From the NCBI GenBank assembly GCA_016187225.1, contig JACPKC010000002.1, forward strand, positions 3,387-67,386: DNA of 64,000 nt, in the 5' to 3' direction. Shown in pieces: positions 8,972 through 17,951 of the stretch; positions within the stretch are counted from its first letter, which is position 1, and every line of letters begins with the position of its first letter. This DNA is from Candidatus Berkelbacteria bacterium. Lineage in GTDB: Bacteria; Patescibacteriota; UBA1384; JACPKC01. A model generated the notes under the pieces. The model saw only the letters and a list, made by a program, of their open reading frames with translations. It was not told the DNA's origin and searched no databases. Made by a program: the position numbers and the translations under genes.

Positions 8972-9367
8972 CTAGCGCGTTTTAATTGTCAGACGGCGCG
9001 CGCGAGTCTTGGTAAGTTTGGGAATTGTGATTGTGAGAATGCCGTTTTTAAGGTCGGCGTTGGCGTTGTCGGCATCCACCGAGGTGGGCAGAACATACGA
9101 CCGCGAAAATGAACCCCAGTAACACTCTTGAACGAAATAGTTTTCACGTGTAATCGTATCGCCAAACTGGCGTTCGCCTTTGATCGTGACCATGTCGTCG
9201 GTGATGGCAATGTCGAGGTTTTCAGGCAAAACACCAGCAATTGGCGCCTTAATAACCACCGAGTCTTCAGTTTGATAGGCGTCGATTGCCAATTGCCCGC
9301 CGCTATCTTCTTCCAACCAGTCGTCGCTGGCCACATCCGTAGTTTGTTTGTCTGTCATTAAACCCAT
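8972..9367 (-). CDS. Hsp20/alpha-crystallin small heat-shock protein
   Basis: ECYWGSFSRSYVLP...ANADLKNGILTITIPK motif. Confidence 0.93.
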   Translation of the reverse strand: MGLMTDKQTTDVASDDWLEEDSGGQLAIDAYQTEDSVVIKAPIAGVLPENLDIAITDDMVTIKGERQFGDTITRENYFVQECYWGSFSRSYVLPTSVDADNANADLKNGILTITIPKLTKTRARRLTIKTR

Positions 9368-9422
9368 GCCGCCTCCTCTATTTATATATTAGAGAGGCAA
9401 TGAGTAATAGGCAAGAGATGAT

Positions 9423-10124
9423 TTAGGGCGCTTCATCATAGGCGAGGGTAAGAGCGGCGCGTTCGCGAAAGCCAGCTTGGGCAAGACAGCGAGCGGCTTC
9501 GGCAAGAGTGGCGCCAGTAGTGCAAATATCATCGATCAGTAAAACAGGCCCTTGAATTTCAGGGCCTGTCCATTTAAAAACGCCGCTCACATTTTTTTGC
9601 CGCTCGCGGCGCGAAAGCCCAACTTGACTCCGCGTTTCTTGGATTCGCTGAAGTTGAGTCCTGACAGGTATGTGAGTTAACTCGGAGAGGGCGCGAGCAA
9701 GTAGAAAAGCTTGATTATAACCACGGGATCGCAAACGCTGGGGGCTGATTGGGATTGGAATGAGCGCCGACCAAGACGTGTGTTTAAGAATAGTTTGCCA
9801 ACGACTATATGCATGAGCCGCAAACTCGTCGAAGGCGGCCGAGAGCCCCTGATATTTTAACTTGTGGAGAGCGCGTTTCAGGGGTTGTTTTTGGTAACTC
9901 CCGAAACAGCCAAGCGCCTTGAGGTTCAGAGATTGTTGGTGCGTTTTGCACAGCGCGTTCGGCGCGAACGTAGTTCGTCGACAAATCTGGCATTGAGTTG
10001 GCGAGAGCGAGAGCGCGCTTTCATGAATACAAGTTTTGCAAAACCAATTTCCTCGTCGCTGGCAACCTAGACAAAAGGTTGGGCAGAGACAATCTCCAAT
10101 TTCATTAAAAATAAGTTTAAGCAT
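9423..10124 (-). CDS. comF: ComF family protein (double zinc ribbon + phosphoribosyltransferase)
   Basis: N-terminal CxxC pairs, RGYNQA and LLIDDICTTGATL. Confidence 0.92.
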   Translation of the reverse strand: MLKLIFNEIGDCLCPTFCLGCQRRGNWFCKTCIHESALSLSPTQCQICRRTTFAPNALCKTHQQSLNLKALGCFGSYQKQPLKRALHKLKYQGLSAAFDEFAAHAYSRWQTILKHTSWSALIPIPISPQRLRSRGYNQAFLLARALSELTHIPVRTQLQRIQETRSQVGLSRRERQKNVSGVFKWTGPEIQGPVLLIDDICTTGATLAEAARCLAQAGFRERAALTLAYDEAP

Positions 10125-10167
10125 ACGCGGGCTTTACTCTTATCTTTTCACCAGAGATGATATTAAC

Positions 10168-10788
10168 ATGAGTTCGCAGTCAGCGCCGATCGCAAATTTT
10201 TTTAGCAATCGTTTGGCTTATGTCGTTTCGGCTCTCTTTAGTCCATTCTTAATTTTGCCGGCGTTAATTGTCGCCGCAACCTGGCGTGTTGCCGCCTCCC
10301 CGCCGCAATTTGTAGCTTGGGTCGGCATCCCCTTCCTTTTTCTCTTTATCATACCGACCGCTTATATTGCGAACGAAGTTCGAGCGCGGCGGATGAGCGA
10401 TATTCATATTATGGTCCGCGAACAGCGCGCGATGGCATTTTTAGTTTTTCTAGTTTCGGCCGCCGTTGCGATTGGCATCTACTGGTGGATAAAAGTTCCC
10501 GCGTCGCTCCTTATTTTAGGCGTTGTTGTTTTCTTAAATGCGTTATTTGCGGCTTTCATTACGCTTTTTTGGAAGATCAGCATTCATGCCTGGGTGCTTT
10601 CGGGTGCGGTCACGGCCTTTGCGCTGATTGTCGATTCGCCTTTTGCCTGGTGGATTTTACTTTTTATTCCGCTCGTCATTTGGTCGCGAATCTATCGCGG
10701 CCGCCACACAGTTTTGCAAGGGTTGATGGGGGCATTGATTGGCGCGAGCGCCACTTATGCGCTCTATCTTCTAATTCGGAGCACTTAG
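10168..10788 (+). CDS. PAP2-like integral membrane phosphatase family protein
   Basis: Multi-TM protein with KISIH and WSRIYRGRH motifs; start moved to ATG 10168 to avoid overlapping comF. Confidence 0.65.
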   Translation: MSSQSAPIANFFSNRLAYVVSALFSPFLILPALIVAATWRVAASPPQFVAWVGIPFLFLFIIPTAYIANEVRARRMSDIHIMVREQRAMAFLVFLVSAAVAIGIYWWIKVPASLLILGVVVFLNALFAAFITLFWKISIHAWVLSGAVTAFALIVDSPFAWWILLFIPLVIWSRIYRGRHTVLQGLMGALIGASATYALYLLIRST

Positions 10789-10826
10789 AATTAGAACTTA
10801 GTCGAAAAGTGAGAAAGTTCTAAATT

Positions 10827-10835
10827 TGCTATAAT
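10827..10835 (+). promoter_or_regulatory. Extended -10 promoter (probable leaderless transcript)
   Basis: TGCTATAAT lies 8 nt before ATG 10844, with no SD. An inverted repeat TTAGAACTT/AAGTTCTAA sits at 10791-10823. Confidence 0.6.
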
Positions 10836-10843
10836 AAATATAT

Positions 10844-13800
10844 ATGCGTTGGCTCGACCGAGCGATCATATTTTTTTCTGCACTCTTGAGCGCAGTCTTG
10901 ATGGTAATTCCGCAAAGTGTTGCGGCGGTTGATTTTAATTCTTCAAATATTATTTCCAACAGTGAGTTTATCGATACAAATTCAATGACCGCGCCGGAAA
11001 TTCAGCGTTTCTTGGAAGACCGGGGCGGTTTTTTAAAAGATTTTACAGAAAACGGCCGCTCGGCCGCGCAAATCATTTACGATGCCTCTCACGGTTACGG
11101 TGATGCTTCGGGCGCGATCAACGGCATCGCGCTGACAACGAGTACCGGCACGGTGAGTCCGAAAGTGATCCTGGTCACCCTTCAAAAAGAGCAAAGTCTG
11201 CTGACAATGACATCCCAAAACGACAGCGCCTTGCGGGCGGCGATGGGCTATGCTTGTCCGGATTCGGGCGGGTGTAACTCTAACTATGCTGGTTTTACCA
11301 AGCAAGTTGAGAACGGCGCTTGGCAGTTGCGCTATAACTATGAGCGTTCACAGGCTACAGGCTTTGGCGATTATCAAGTGGGTCAATCATTTTGTTTTGA
11401 CGATTTTAACGGCACTAACTGCGGCACATATGAAAATCGCGCCACCGCCGCGCTCTACCGCTACACGCCGCATGTTTATAATGGGAACTACAATTTCCAT
11501 AATCTCTACTACAACACCTACAACTTCACTGGGCCGGAGTTCGCGGCGACCCTAATTTCTTGGTCAAGTTCGGCTGGGCTTTATCAGTATCCTTCGGTAA
11601 GCAGTGGTCAGGATGCCACCTTGCAGGTCACACTGCGAAATATGGGGCGCACGACTTGGCAAAGAGGGGCGGTGAATTTAGGCACGGAACAGAATCGCGA
11701 CCGCATCACCGGTTTCAATCGTGGAACGGGCTGGCGATCAGGAAATCGAGTTTCGTTGGTTGAAGTCTCGGTTGCGCCGGGTGAAAATGGCACCTTTAAT
11801 TTTGTGGTTTCGCCGCCTTATTCTCTTCAAAGCGGCACTTATCGAGAACACTTCCGCCTCGTGGCCGATGGCATCAGCTGGTTTGGGCCAGAGTTATTCT
11901 GGGATATTTCAGTGACGGCGAGTTATCAGGCATCAGTCAGTTCATGGTCAACTTCAAGCGGTTCGCATACTTATCCAAGCGTAACTCGGGGCGGAAATGG
12001 CACAAATATAATTTTGAGAGTTCAAAATACTGGCGCGGCAATTTGGCAGAGAGGGACGGTGAATTTAGGCAGTGATCAGCCGCGCGATCGCGGCACGGGC
12101 TTTTTGCGCGAGTCGGGCACTGGAGTGGCTTCGGGCTGGGTCTCACAGAATCGAATCCAGATGCAAGAGAGTTCAGTCCCGCCTGGTGAAACAGCGACTT
12201 TCTCCTTCTGGCTTCAAGCGCCATCGAATATGCGCCCGGGGACTTACCGAGAACACTATCGTCTGGTGGCGGATGGATTAGATTGGTTCGGACCCGAGTA
12301 CTACTGGGATTTTGATTTTCCTTTGGAGTCAAAACAGATTGCTCTAATTGACGACTCTCCAGCTCGGAAAGTTCAAGTGGGCGAGGAAACCACTCACCAC
12401 TCACCACTCATCACTCACCTGCTTACTTTCAGCGAATCGCCAGATGCGGTAAAACTCGCTTGCGCTCTTAATCTTTCTGAAGATGCGGTCGAAATTAATC
12501 AGGCAACTCAAACCGCTATTATCTCGGGTGAGATTCCTGATTTGAGCAAGCTGGCCGCCGTGTTGCCAACCCTCGAGAGTGTGGAAGCCGATGAGCCAAT
12601 TCGAATCTTCTCAACCCCGAATGACCCCAGGTATAGTAGTCAGGCAACGACTTTCTCGCAAATGAACATGCAAGCCGGCTGGGATTACGTGCAGGGCAAA
12701 ACGAGCGCTGTCATTGCCGTCATTGATACCGGCGTAGACGGAACGCACGAAGATTTAACCGGCAAGGTATTGGCAGGCAGAAATATCTCGGCCAATACCG
12801 CGATCGCGGCTAATACTGACTCGGATGACAATGGGCATGGCACGAATATCGCCGGCATCGCGGCGGCGGGCGGCGATAATTCCATTGGAATGACAGGGGT
12901 TGATTGGCAGGCGCGAATTTTGCCAATCAAAGCTTTCAATAGTGATGGATTGGCAGAGACTTCAGATATCGTTTCGGCGATTGAGTATGCTATTAATCAG
13001 AATGCGACCGTGATTACGATGAGTTTTGGTCGCTCAACACCTTCAGATGCGTTAGAAGCGGCGGTTAATAGCGCCGCCAGTCGCGGCATTCTTCTTGTCG
13101 CGGCGGCTGGCAATACGGGCGAGAGTTCAGTTTACTATCCCGCGGCTTATGAAAATGTGATTGCGGCCGGCGCCGTGCAGGCCGATAATGCTCGTGCCAG
13201 TTTTTCTAATTACGGTAGCGCTCTTGATTTAATGGCGCCGGGTGTTTCAGTAATCGCAACTGCCGACGGCGGGGGGTATGAAGCCGTGAGCGGCACGTCA
13301 TTTGCTGTGCCTTTCATTGCTGGCATCTCAACCTTGGTGAAGGATTTTCATAGTAGCGCCAGTGCGAGTGATGTAACGAGTATTTTAAACTCGACGGCCA
13401 CCAAGGTTAGCGGTATGAACGGCAATCTGCGAACCGATGAATATGGCAACGGTGTTGTGAATTTAGCCGATGCGCTTGTTAGCGCTGGAGACTATCAGGC
13501 TTCGACAATTTCTTGGTCAACCAGTAACGGTTTATTTACCTATCCAACTCTCTCTTTGGGTGGCAGTGGCGCGAATGTCATTCTCACAGTGCGAAATACC
13601 GGTACCTCGCGCTGGTTTCGCGATCTGGTGCATCTAGGCGCCGATCAGCCGCGCGATCGCGGCACGGGCTTTTTGCGCGAGTCGGGCACTGGAGTGGCTT
13701 CGGGCTGGGTCTCACAGAATCGAATCCAGATGCAAGAGAGTTCAGTCCCGCCTGGTGAAACAGCGACTTTCTGGATTAGATTGGTTCGGACCCGAGTACT

Positions 13801-14101
13801 ACTGGGATTTTCGGGTTTTATCAGAACTCGATGGGTATGGAGCAAGCACCTTAAACTGGTCAACCTCGGATGGACTTTTTACCTATCCAAGTGTTATTCG
13901 AGGTGGAGCTGGCACGAATATCGTGTTACGGGTCCGGAATACCGGCACAACGACCTGGATACAAGAGACTGTTCATCTAGGCGCCGATCAGCCGCGCGAT
14001 CGCGGCACGGGCTTTTTGCGCGAGTCGGGCACTGGAGTGGCTTCGGGCTGGGTCTCACAGAATCGAATCCAGATGCAAGAGAGTTCAGTCGCTCCGGGTG
14101 A
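10844..14101 (+). CDS. Secreted multidomain protein: putative lysozyme-like domain, NBR1-type Ig-like repeats, S8 subtilisin-like protease (frameshifted at ~13772)
   Basis: Signal peptide; LQKEQSL/AMGYACPD/ALYRYTPH domain; S8 triad AVIDTG, NGHGTNIAG, SGTSFA; repeated NTG..W..NRI..V.PGE.ATF..GTYREH..LVADG domains. Confidence 0.85.
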   Translation: MRWLDRAIIFFSALLSAVLMVIPQSVAAVDFNSSNIISNSEFIDTNSMTAPEIQRFLEDRGGFLKDFTENGRSAAQIIYDASHGYGDASGAINGIALTTSTGTVSPKVILVTLQKEQSLLTMTSQNDSALRAAMGYACPDSGGCNSNYAGFTKQVENGAWQLRYNYERSQATGFGDYQVGQSFCFDDFNGTNCGTYENRATAALYRYTPHVYNGNYNFHNLYYNTYNFTGPEFAATLISWSSSAGLYQYPSVSSGQDATLQVTLRNMGRTTWQRGAVNLGTEQNRDRITGFNRGTGWRSGNRVSLVEVSVAPGENGTFNFVVSPPYSLQSGTYREHFRLVADGISWFGPELFWDISVTASYQASVSSWSTSSGSHTYPSVTRGGNGTNIILRVQNTGAAIWQRGTVNLGSDQPRDRGTGFLRESGTGVASGWVSQNRIQMQESSVPPGETATFSFWLQAPSNMRPGTYREHYRLVADGLDWFGPEYYWDFDFPLESKQIALIDDSPARKVQVGEETTHHSPLITHLLTFSESPDAVKLACALNLSEDAVEINQATQTAIISGEIPDLSKLAAVLPTLESVEADEPIRIFSTPNDPRYSSQATTFSQMNMQAGWDYVQGKTSAVIAVIDTGVDGTHEDLTGKVLAGRNISANTAIAANTDSDDNGHGTNIAGIAAAGGDNSIGMTGVDWQARILPIKAFNSDGLAETSDIVSAIEYAINQNATVITMSFGRSTPSDALEAAVNSAASRGILLVAAAGNTGESSVYYPAAYENVIAAGAVQADNARASFSNYGSALDLMAPGVSVIATADGGGYEAVSGTSFAVPFIAGISTLVKDFHSSASASDVTSILNSTATKVSGMNGNLRTDEYGNGVVNLADALVSAGDYQASTISWSTSNGLFTYPTLSLGGSGANVILTVRNTGTSRWFRDLVHLGADQPRDRGTGFLRESGTGVASGWVSQNRIQMQESSVPPGETATFWIRLVRTRVLLGFSGFIRTRWVWSKHLKLVNLGWTFYLSKCYSRWSWHEYRVTGPEYRHNDLDTRDCSSRRRSAARSRHGLFARVGHWSGFGLGLTESNPDAREFSRSG
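12074..12203. repeat. Exact Ig-domain core repeat, copy A
   Basis: 130 bp identical to 13643..13772; the first 105 bp are identical to 13986..14090. Confidence 0.92.
13643..13772. repeat. Exact Ig-domain core repeat, copy B
   Basis: Identical to copy A, followed by a 71-bp deletion relative to A. Confidence 0.92.
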
Positions 14102-14237
14102 AACCGCCACCTTTTCATTTTGGTTACAAGCGCCGTCCGGAATGAGTCCGGGCACCTATCATGAACACTTCAAAGTCGTAGCCGATGGTCTGGGTTGGTT
14201 TGGTTCAGAAGCGTACTGGGATGTTATCGTGAGATAA
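13755..14237 (+). CDS. C-terminal Ig-like domain segment of the S8 protein (out-of-frame continuation)
   Basis: GLDWFGPEYYWDF continues domain 3, followed by a complete fourth Ig-like domain ending WDVIVR. Confidence 0.75.
   Translation: MKQRLSGLDWFGPEYYWDFRVLSELDGYGASTLNWSTSDGLFTYPSVIRGGAGTNIVLRVRNTGTTTWIQETVHLGADQPRDRGTGFLRESGTGVASGWVSQNRIQMQESSVAPGETATFSFWLQAPSGMSPGTYHEHFKVVADGLGWFGSEAYWDVIVR
13986..14090. repeat. Exact Ig-domain core repeat, copy C
   Basis: 105 bp identical to the start of copies A and B. Confidence 0.92.
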
Positions 14238-14296
14238 GGCGCAAATCACTAGATCAACACTACGGTCTAATTCACTTCATTGGCCTTGAACTAGAT

Positions 14297-15181
14297 ATGT
14301 CTCTACAGAATCAGCACAAACAAGCTCAACAGGCGCTTTATGACGCTCATCTCCTCGATGATCTTGCCGCGGGCGCCGGAACCTTTGGATTTCGCAAGCC
14401 CAAGTTATTGCGCGATCTCGCTTTTGCGCGTTGGCTTGCCCGCCTTGAACTTAAAAGCGGTGAGCAAGTGCTGGATGTTGGTTGTAATGCCGGCGCTCGA
14501 CTTGAAGCTCTTCGGCGCGAATACGGGATCGAGGGCACGGGCATTGATCTTTCGCCGAAGACAATTGCGCTTGGCCAAAAACATTTTCCAGCGTTGACCC
14601 TTCAGGTGGGAGACGCCGAACTTTTGCCTTATCAGGAAAATTCTTTTGACACAGTCATTAGTTTCGAAACCTTTGAGCATCTGCCCAACCCTGGCAAGGC
14701 GTTGGCAGAAATCGGTCGTGTTGTTAGGCCTGGTGGTTGGGTGTTGATTTACGCTATTTCACGACGCAATGCTGGCACTTGGCATTGGCTTCAATCTAAG
14801 TTGAGCGGCGGTCGCTTGGGCACGGGCGCCTTGCGCGATCATCTTCCCGAACTTCTTGTTCCACCAGAATGCTTTCCAGCTTGGTCTCAAAAAGCGGGAC
14901 TCAAGATCCAACAGAGAGGTCTTTTGCATCAATTTTTTACCCTTTTGCATGATGAACCTTGGAGCGCCTTCCTCGCAACACTTGCCCCCAAACGCTCTCG
15001 GCCACGACTTGATACAATAAAAATGGCAGGCAATCTACCTCGCGCGCCGGGCAAGTTTTTTATGCTCTACCGCGTCTGGCTTCATGGCATGGAGATTGTC
15101 ATGAGTCTTTTGGATTTACCCTGGCAAATGGCACGAGTAAGCGATGGTATTTTTGTTTTATTGAAAAAACAAGAATTGTGA
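14297..15181 (+). CDS. Class I SAM-dependent methyltransferase
   Basis: VLDVGCNAG, GIDLS, FDTVISFETFEH and VRPGG motifs. Confidence 0.9.
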   Translation: MSLQNQHKQAQQALYDAHLLDDLAAGAGTFGFRKPKLLRDLAFARWLARLELKSGEQVLDVGCNAGARLEALRREYGIEGTGIDLSPKTIALGQKHFPALTLQVGDAELLPYQENSFDTVISFETFEHLPNPGKALAEIGRVVRPGGWVLIYAISRRNAGTWHWLQSKLSGGRLGTGALRDHLPELLVPPECFPAWSQKAGLKIQQRGLLHQFFTLLHDEPWSAFLATLAPKRSRPRLDTIKMAGNLPRAPGKFFMLYRVWLHGMEIVMSLLDLPWQMARVSDGIFVLLKKQEL

Positions 15182-16722
15182 TTAGGAGGGGCAAGATCTT
15201 GAAGCGTCAAAGTATTATCTCGGGATTCATCTTCGGGCTACTTTTAGGCGTACTTGGACTTCGTCTTTACCTCTTGTTTTGGGGCTATTTTCAATATGAA
15301 TTTATTGTGCCGCCGGGGGGAGATCCAGCTGTTCATTTACAATTTATCAATGCGATTCAGCGTGGCACGTTTCAAATTGGCGCCTATCCGCCGGCTTTTC
15401 ATTTTATTGTTGCCTGGCTCGCACAAGCGCTGGCCTTGCCCACAGTTACAATTTTAATTCTCGTCGGTCCCTTTTTAGTTGTATTGCCGGCGCTCGCGGT
15501 GTTTTTGCTCGCTCGAGCTTGGTTTGATCGCGTTACTGCGCTCTTGGCGGCCGCTCTAATTGGCCTGACTGGCGCGAGTCCGATTCTCGCTTATATGGAT
15601 GGGAATTATCCAAATTTAATCGCTGGCGGCTTCTTCCTGATCCTTGGCATTACGGCGCTTGTTCTGGGGCTACGGAAACAGCCAGTTTTTTACAGCACAC
15701 TTGCGAGCCTGTCTTTTTTAGCGGTGGCTTTATTCCATCACCTTACTTACGGTCTTCTGCTTGCGATTCTAGTGGTTTACTTCCTCGCTCTGTGGATTTT
15801 GAAATGGTTTAAAATTGGCTCGGTGCCATATTTGCGAACTGTGAGCTGGATAGTGTTGCCCTCGCTCTTGCTCACCGTCGCAGTCGCTCTTCTCTTGGCT
15901 GGGCCCGAAGTGATCTTGCCGGCGCTCCGCGATCTTTTAGGCGGTCAGCCGCCATCTATTTTTGATTCAGCGCTTCGAACGCCAATTCGTCTAGGGCAAT
16001 ACAATGAAATTGTTGGTCCGGTTGTGGTGGTGAGCGGTATTTTGGGTATCATCTTTTTGATTCAGCGCCGTGATTTGCCTTGGGAACGTCGACTCTTCTT
16101 GCTCCTTTGGATTGGGATTGTGTTTGCTCTTTCACGAACTCAATTTTCTGGTCTGCCAGCGCGATTTGCGCGAGAACTCGGCATCCCCTTGGCGCTTTCG
16201 GGTGGACTTTTGGGCACATCGCTCATGAAACTTTCAACCGATCGTTCTCATCAATTGGCAAGTGGAGCGATTCTCGCTCTCTTCCTGGTTTCGCAAACAG
16301 TGATGCTCACAACTGGCCCAGCCCAACTCCCCGAATCCTTTAGTCGACTCATCTGGTTTGACAAATCTGACCAAGAGAAGCTTGCTTATCTTGAAGACTT
16401 GCCAGTGGGAAGCCGAATTTTGGCGACACCCAGCTCGCCCTACTATGAAGCTCTGTTACCGGAGTATAAATTTTCCGCACTCGCGGCAATGGATCTCACG
16501 AATGAGCGTAAGACCGGGCAATTAATTCAATCCCGCGCCGACTATTTGTTTGTAGATACCTTGCCGGCGACTAATCCTGATCCAATTGCGTATCCATATT
16601 TTGCCAACTACGATCGGGCGCGAGTCGCCCTTGAAAATTATAGTGGAGCGAGAATTATCAAGACCTTCGCGGATGGTTCAGTTGTGAAACGCGTGATCGC
16701 CACCTTGCCAGCCGTGCAGTAA
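15178..16722 (+). CDS. GT-C-like polytopic membrane glycosyltransferase
   Basis: About 12 TM segments; PPGGDPAVH acidic motif in the first external loop, YPPAFH, and a C-terminal soluble domain. Confidence 0.65.
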   Translation: MIRRGKILKRQSIISGFIFGLLLGVLGLRLYLLFWGYFQYEFIVPPGGDPAVHLQFINAIQRGTFQIGAYPPAFHFIVAWLAQALALPTVTILILVGPFLVVLPALAVFLLARAWFDRVTALLAAALIGLTGASPILAYMDGNYPNLIAGGFFLILGITALVLGLRKQPVFYSTLASLSFLAVALFHHLTYGLLLAILVVYFLALWILKWFKIGSVPYLRTVSWIVLPSLLLTVAVALLLAGPEVILPALRDLLGGQPPSIFDSALRTPIRLGQYNEIVGPVVVVSGILGIIFLIQRRDLPWERRLFLLLWIGIVFALSRTQFSGLPARFARELGIPLALSGGLLGTSLMKLSTDRSHQLASGAILALFLVSQTVMLTTGPAQLPESFSRLIWFDKSDQEKLAYLEDLPVGSRILATPSSPYYEALLPEYKFSALAAMDLTNERKTGQLIQSRADYLFVDTLPATNPDPIAYPYFANYDRARVALENYSGARIIKTFADGSVVKRVIATLPAVQ

Positions 16723-16814
16723 GAAGTAGATGGTGAGTGACGAGAGTTTTTTATTCGAGCTTGTCGAGAATCACCCTTTACTATCTATTACTCACTCTTC
16801 ATTATTTATTAAGA

Positions 16815-17951
16815 ATGAAGATCGCCATTATTTTGGGCACGCGCCCAGAAATTATTAAACTCGCCCCAATTCTTCGTCGCATCCAGGCGTCCGAGAATGA
16901 GCTTATGCTCATCCATACTAATCAGCACTACTCGGCAAATATGGACGGGGTATTCTTTAAGGAATTAGCTTTGCCAGCGCCAGACTCTAATCTTGGGGTT
17001 GGTTCAGGTACGCATGGCGCTCAAACTGGTTTAATGCTTGCCAGGCTCGAGAAGGCGTTGAACATGAATCGACCGGACGCAGTTCTAGTTCAGGGAGATA
17101 CTAATACAGTTTTAGCAGGCGCCTTGGCGGCGGTGAAGCTTGGTATTCAAGTCGGTCACGTGGAAGCGGGGCTTCGAAGTTACGACCGAACGATGCCGGA
17201 AGAGATCAATCGCGTTCTGACCGACCATGCGGCCGATATTTTATTTGCGCCCACTCAAAATGCGGCCCAGCTTTTACATGCCGAAGGTATTCCTAGCGAA
17301 CGAATCGAGGTTACTGGTAATACGATCGTGGATGCAATAAACGATCATCGTGAGTTAGTCAATTCACGTTCGTATATTCTATCCACGCTAAAGCTAGAGC
17401 CTCGAGGTTATTTGCTTTTAACCCTGCATCGGCCAGCGAATGTTGACCGACGAGAAACGCTCGCTGAAATTATTATAGGAATCACGAACGTGGCACGAAT
17501 AACTCAACTGCCGGTAGTCTTTCCGGCGCATCCTCGAACAGTTAAACAGCTTGAGCAATTCAAGCTCACGCTTCCGGTTTCATTTCGTCAAATTAAGCCA
17601 ATCGGCTACCTAGATTTTCTAGGCTTAGAAGCAAATGCCGAGCTTATTCTCACGGACTCCGGCGGAATTCAAGAAGAAGCCTGTGTCCTGCGAGTGCCTT
17701 GCGTGACCATCCGAGAAAACACCGAACGTCCCGAAACTCTGGCAGTAGGCGCTAACGAATTGGCAGGTCTAACCTCAATCGGCATTCAAGCGGCGAGTGC
17801 CAAAATGCTTGCGCAAGCTCGAACTTGGCAAAATCCTTTTGGCGATGGTCGCGCGAGCGATCGAATTCTTCACAAATTATCCACAAGGTTTTCCACACTG
17901 CCTGCAACGGGCTTTGCTAGTGTTAAGGGTCATGGCGACCACAACTTCTAA
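16815..17951 (+). CDS. wecB: UDP-N-acetylglucosamine 2-epimerase (non-hydrolysing)
   Basis: GTRPEIIK, QGDTNT, HVEAGLRS, TDSGGIQEEA and NPFGDG motifs. Confidence 0.95.
   Translation: MKIAIILGTRPEIIKLAPILRRIQASENELMLIHTNQHYSANMDGVFFKELALPAPDSNLGVGSGTHGAQTGLMLARLEKALNMNRPDAVLVQGDTNTVLAGALAAVKLGIQVGHVEAGLRSYDRTMPEEINRVLTDHAADILFAPTQNAAQLLHAEGIPSERIEVTGNTIVDAINDHRELVNSRSYILSTLKLEPRGYLLLTLHRPANVDRRETLAEIIIGITNVARITQLPVVFPAHPRTVKQLEQFKLTLPVSFRQIKPIGYLDFLGLEANAELILTDSGGIQEEACVLRVPCVTIRENTERPETLAVGANELAGLTSIGIQAASAKMLAQARTWQNPFGDGRASDRILHKLSTRFSTLPATGFASVKGHGDHNF
17866..17897 (+). promoter_or_regulatory. Three tandem DnaA-box-like motifs upstream of pepM
   Basis: TTCTTCACA (17866), TTATCCACA (17877, perfect match) and TTTTCCACA (17889). 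Confidence 0.4.

Noticed and set aside
3943-14090. Diversity-generating retroelement TR/VR pairs as an explanation of the 105-141 bp repeats
   Set aside because: The copies are identical rather than differing at adenines, and no reverse transcriptase is in the window.
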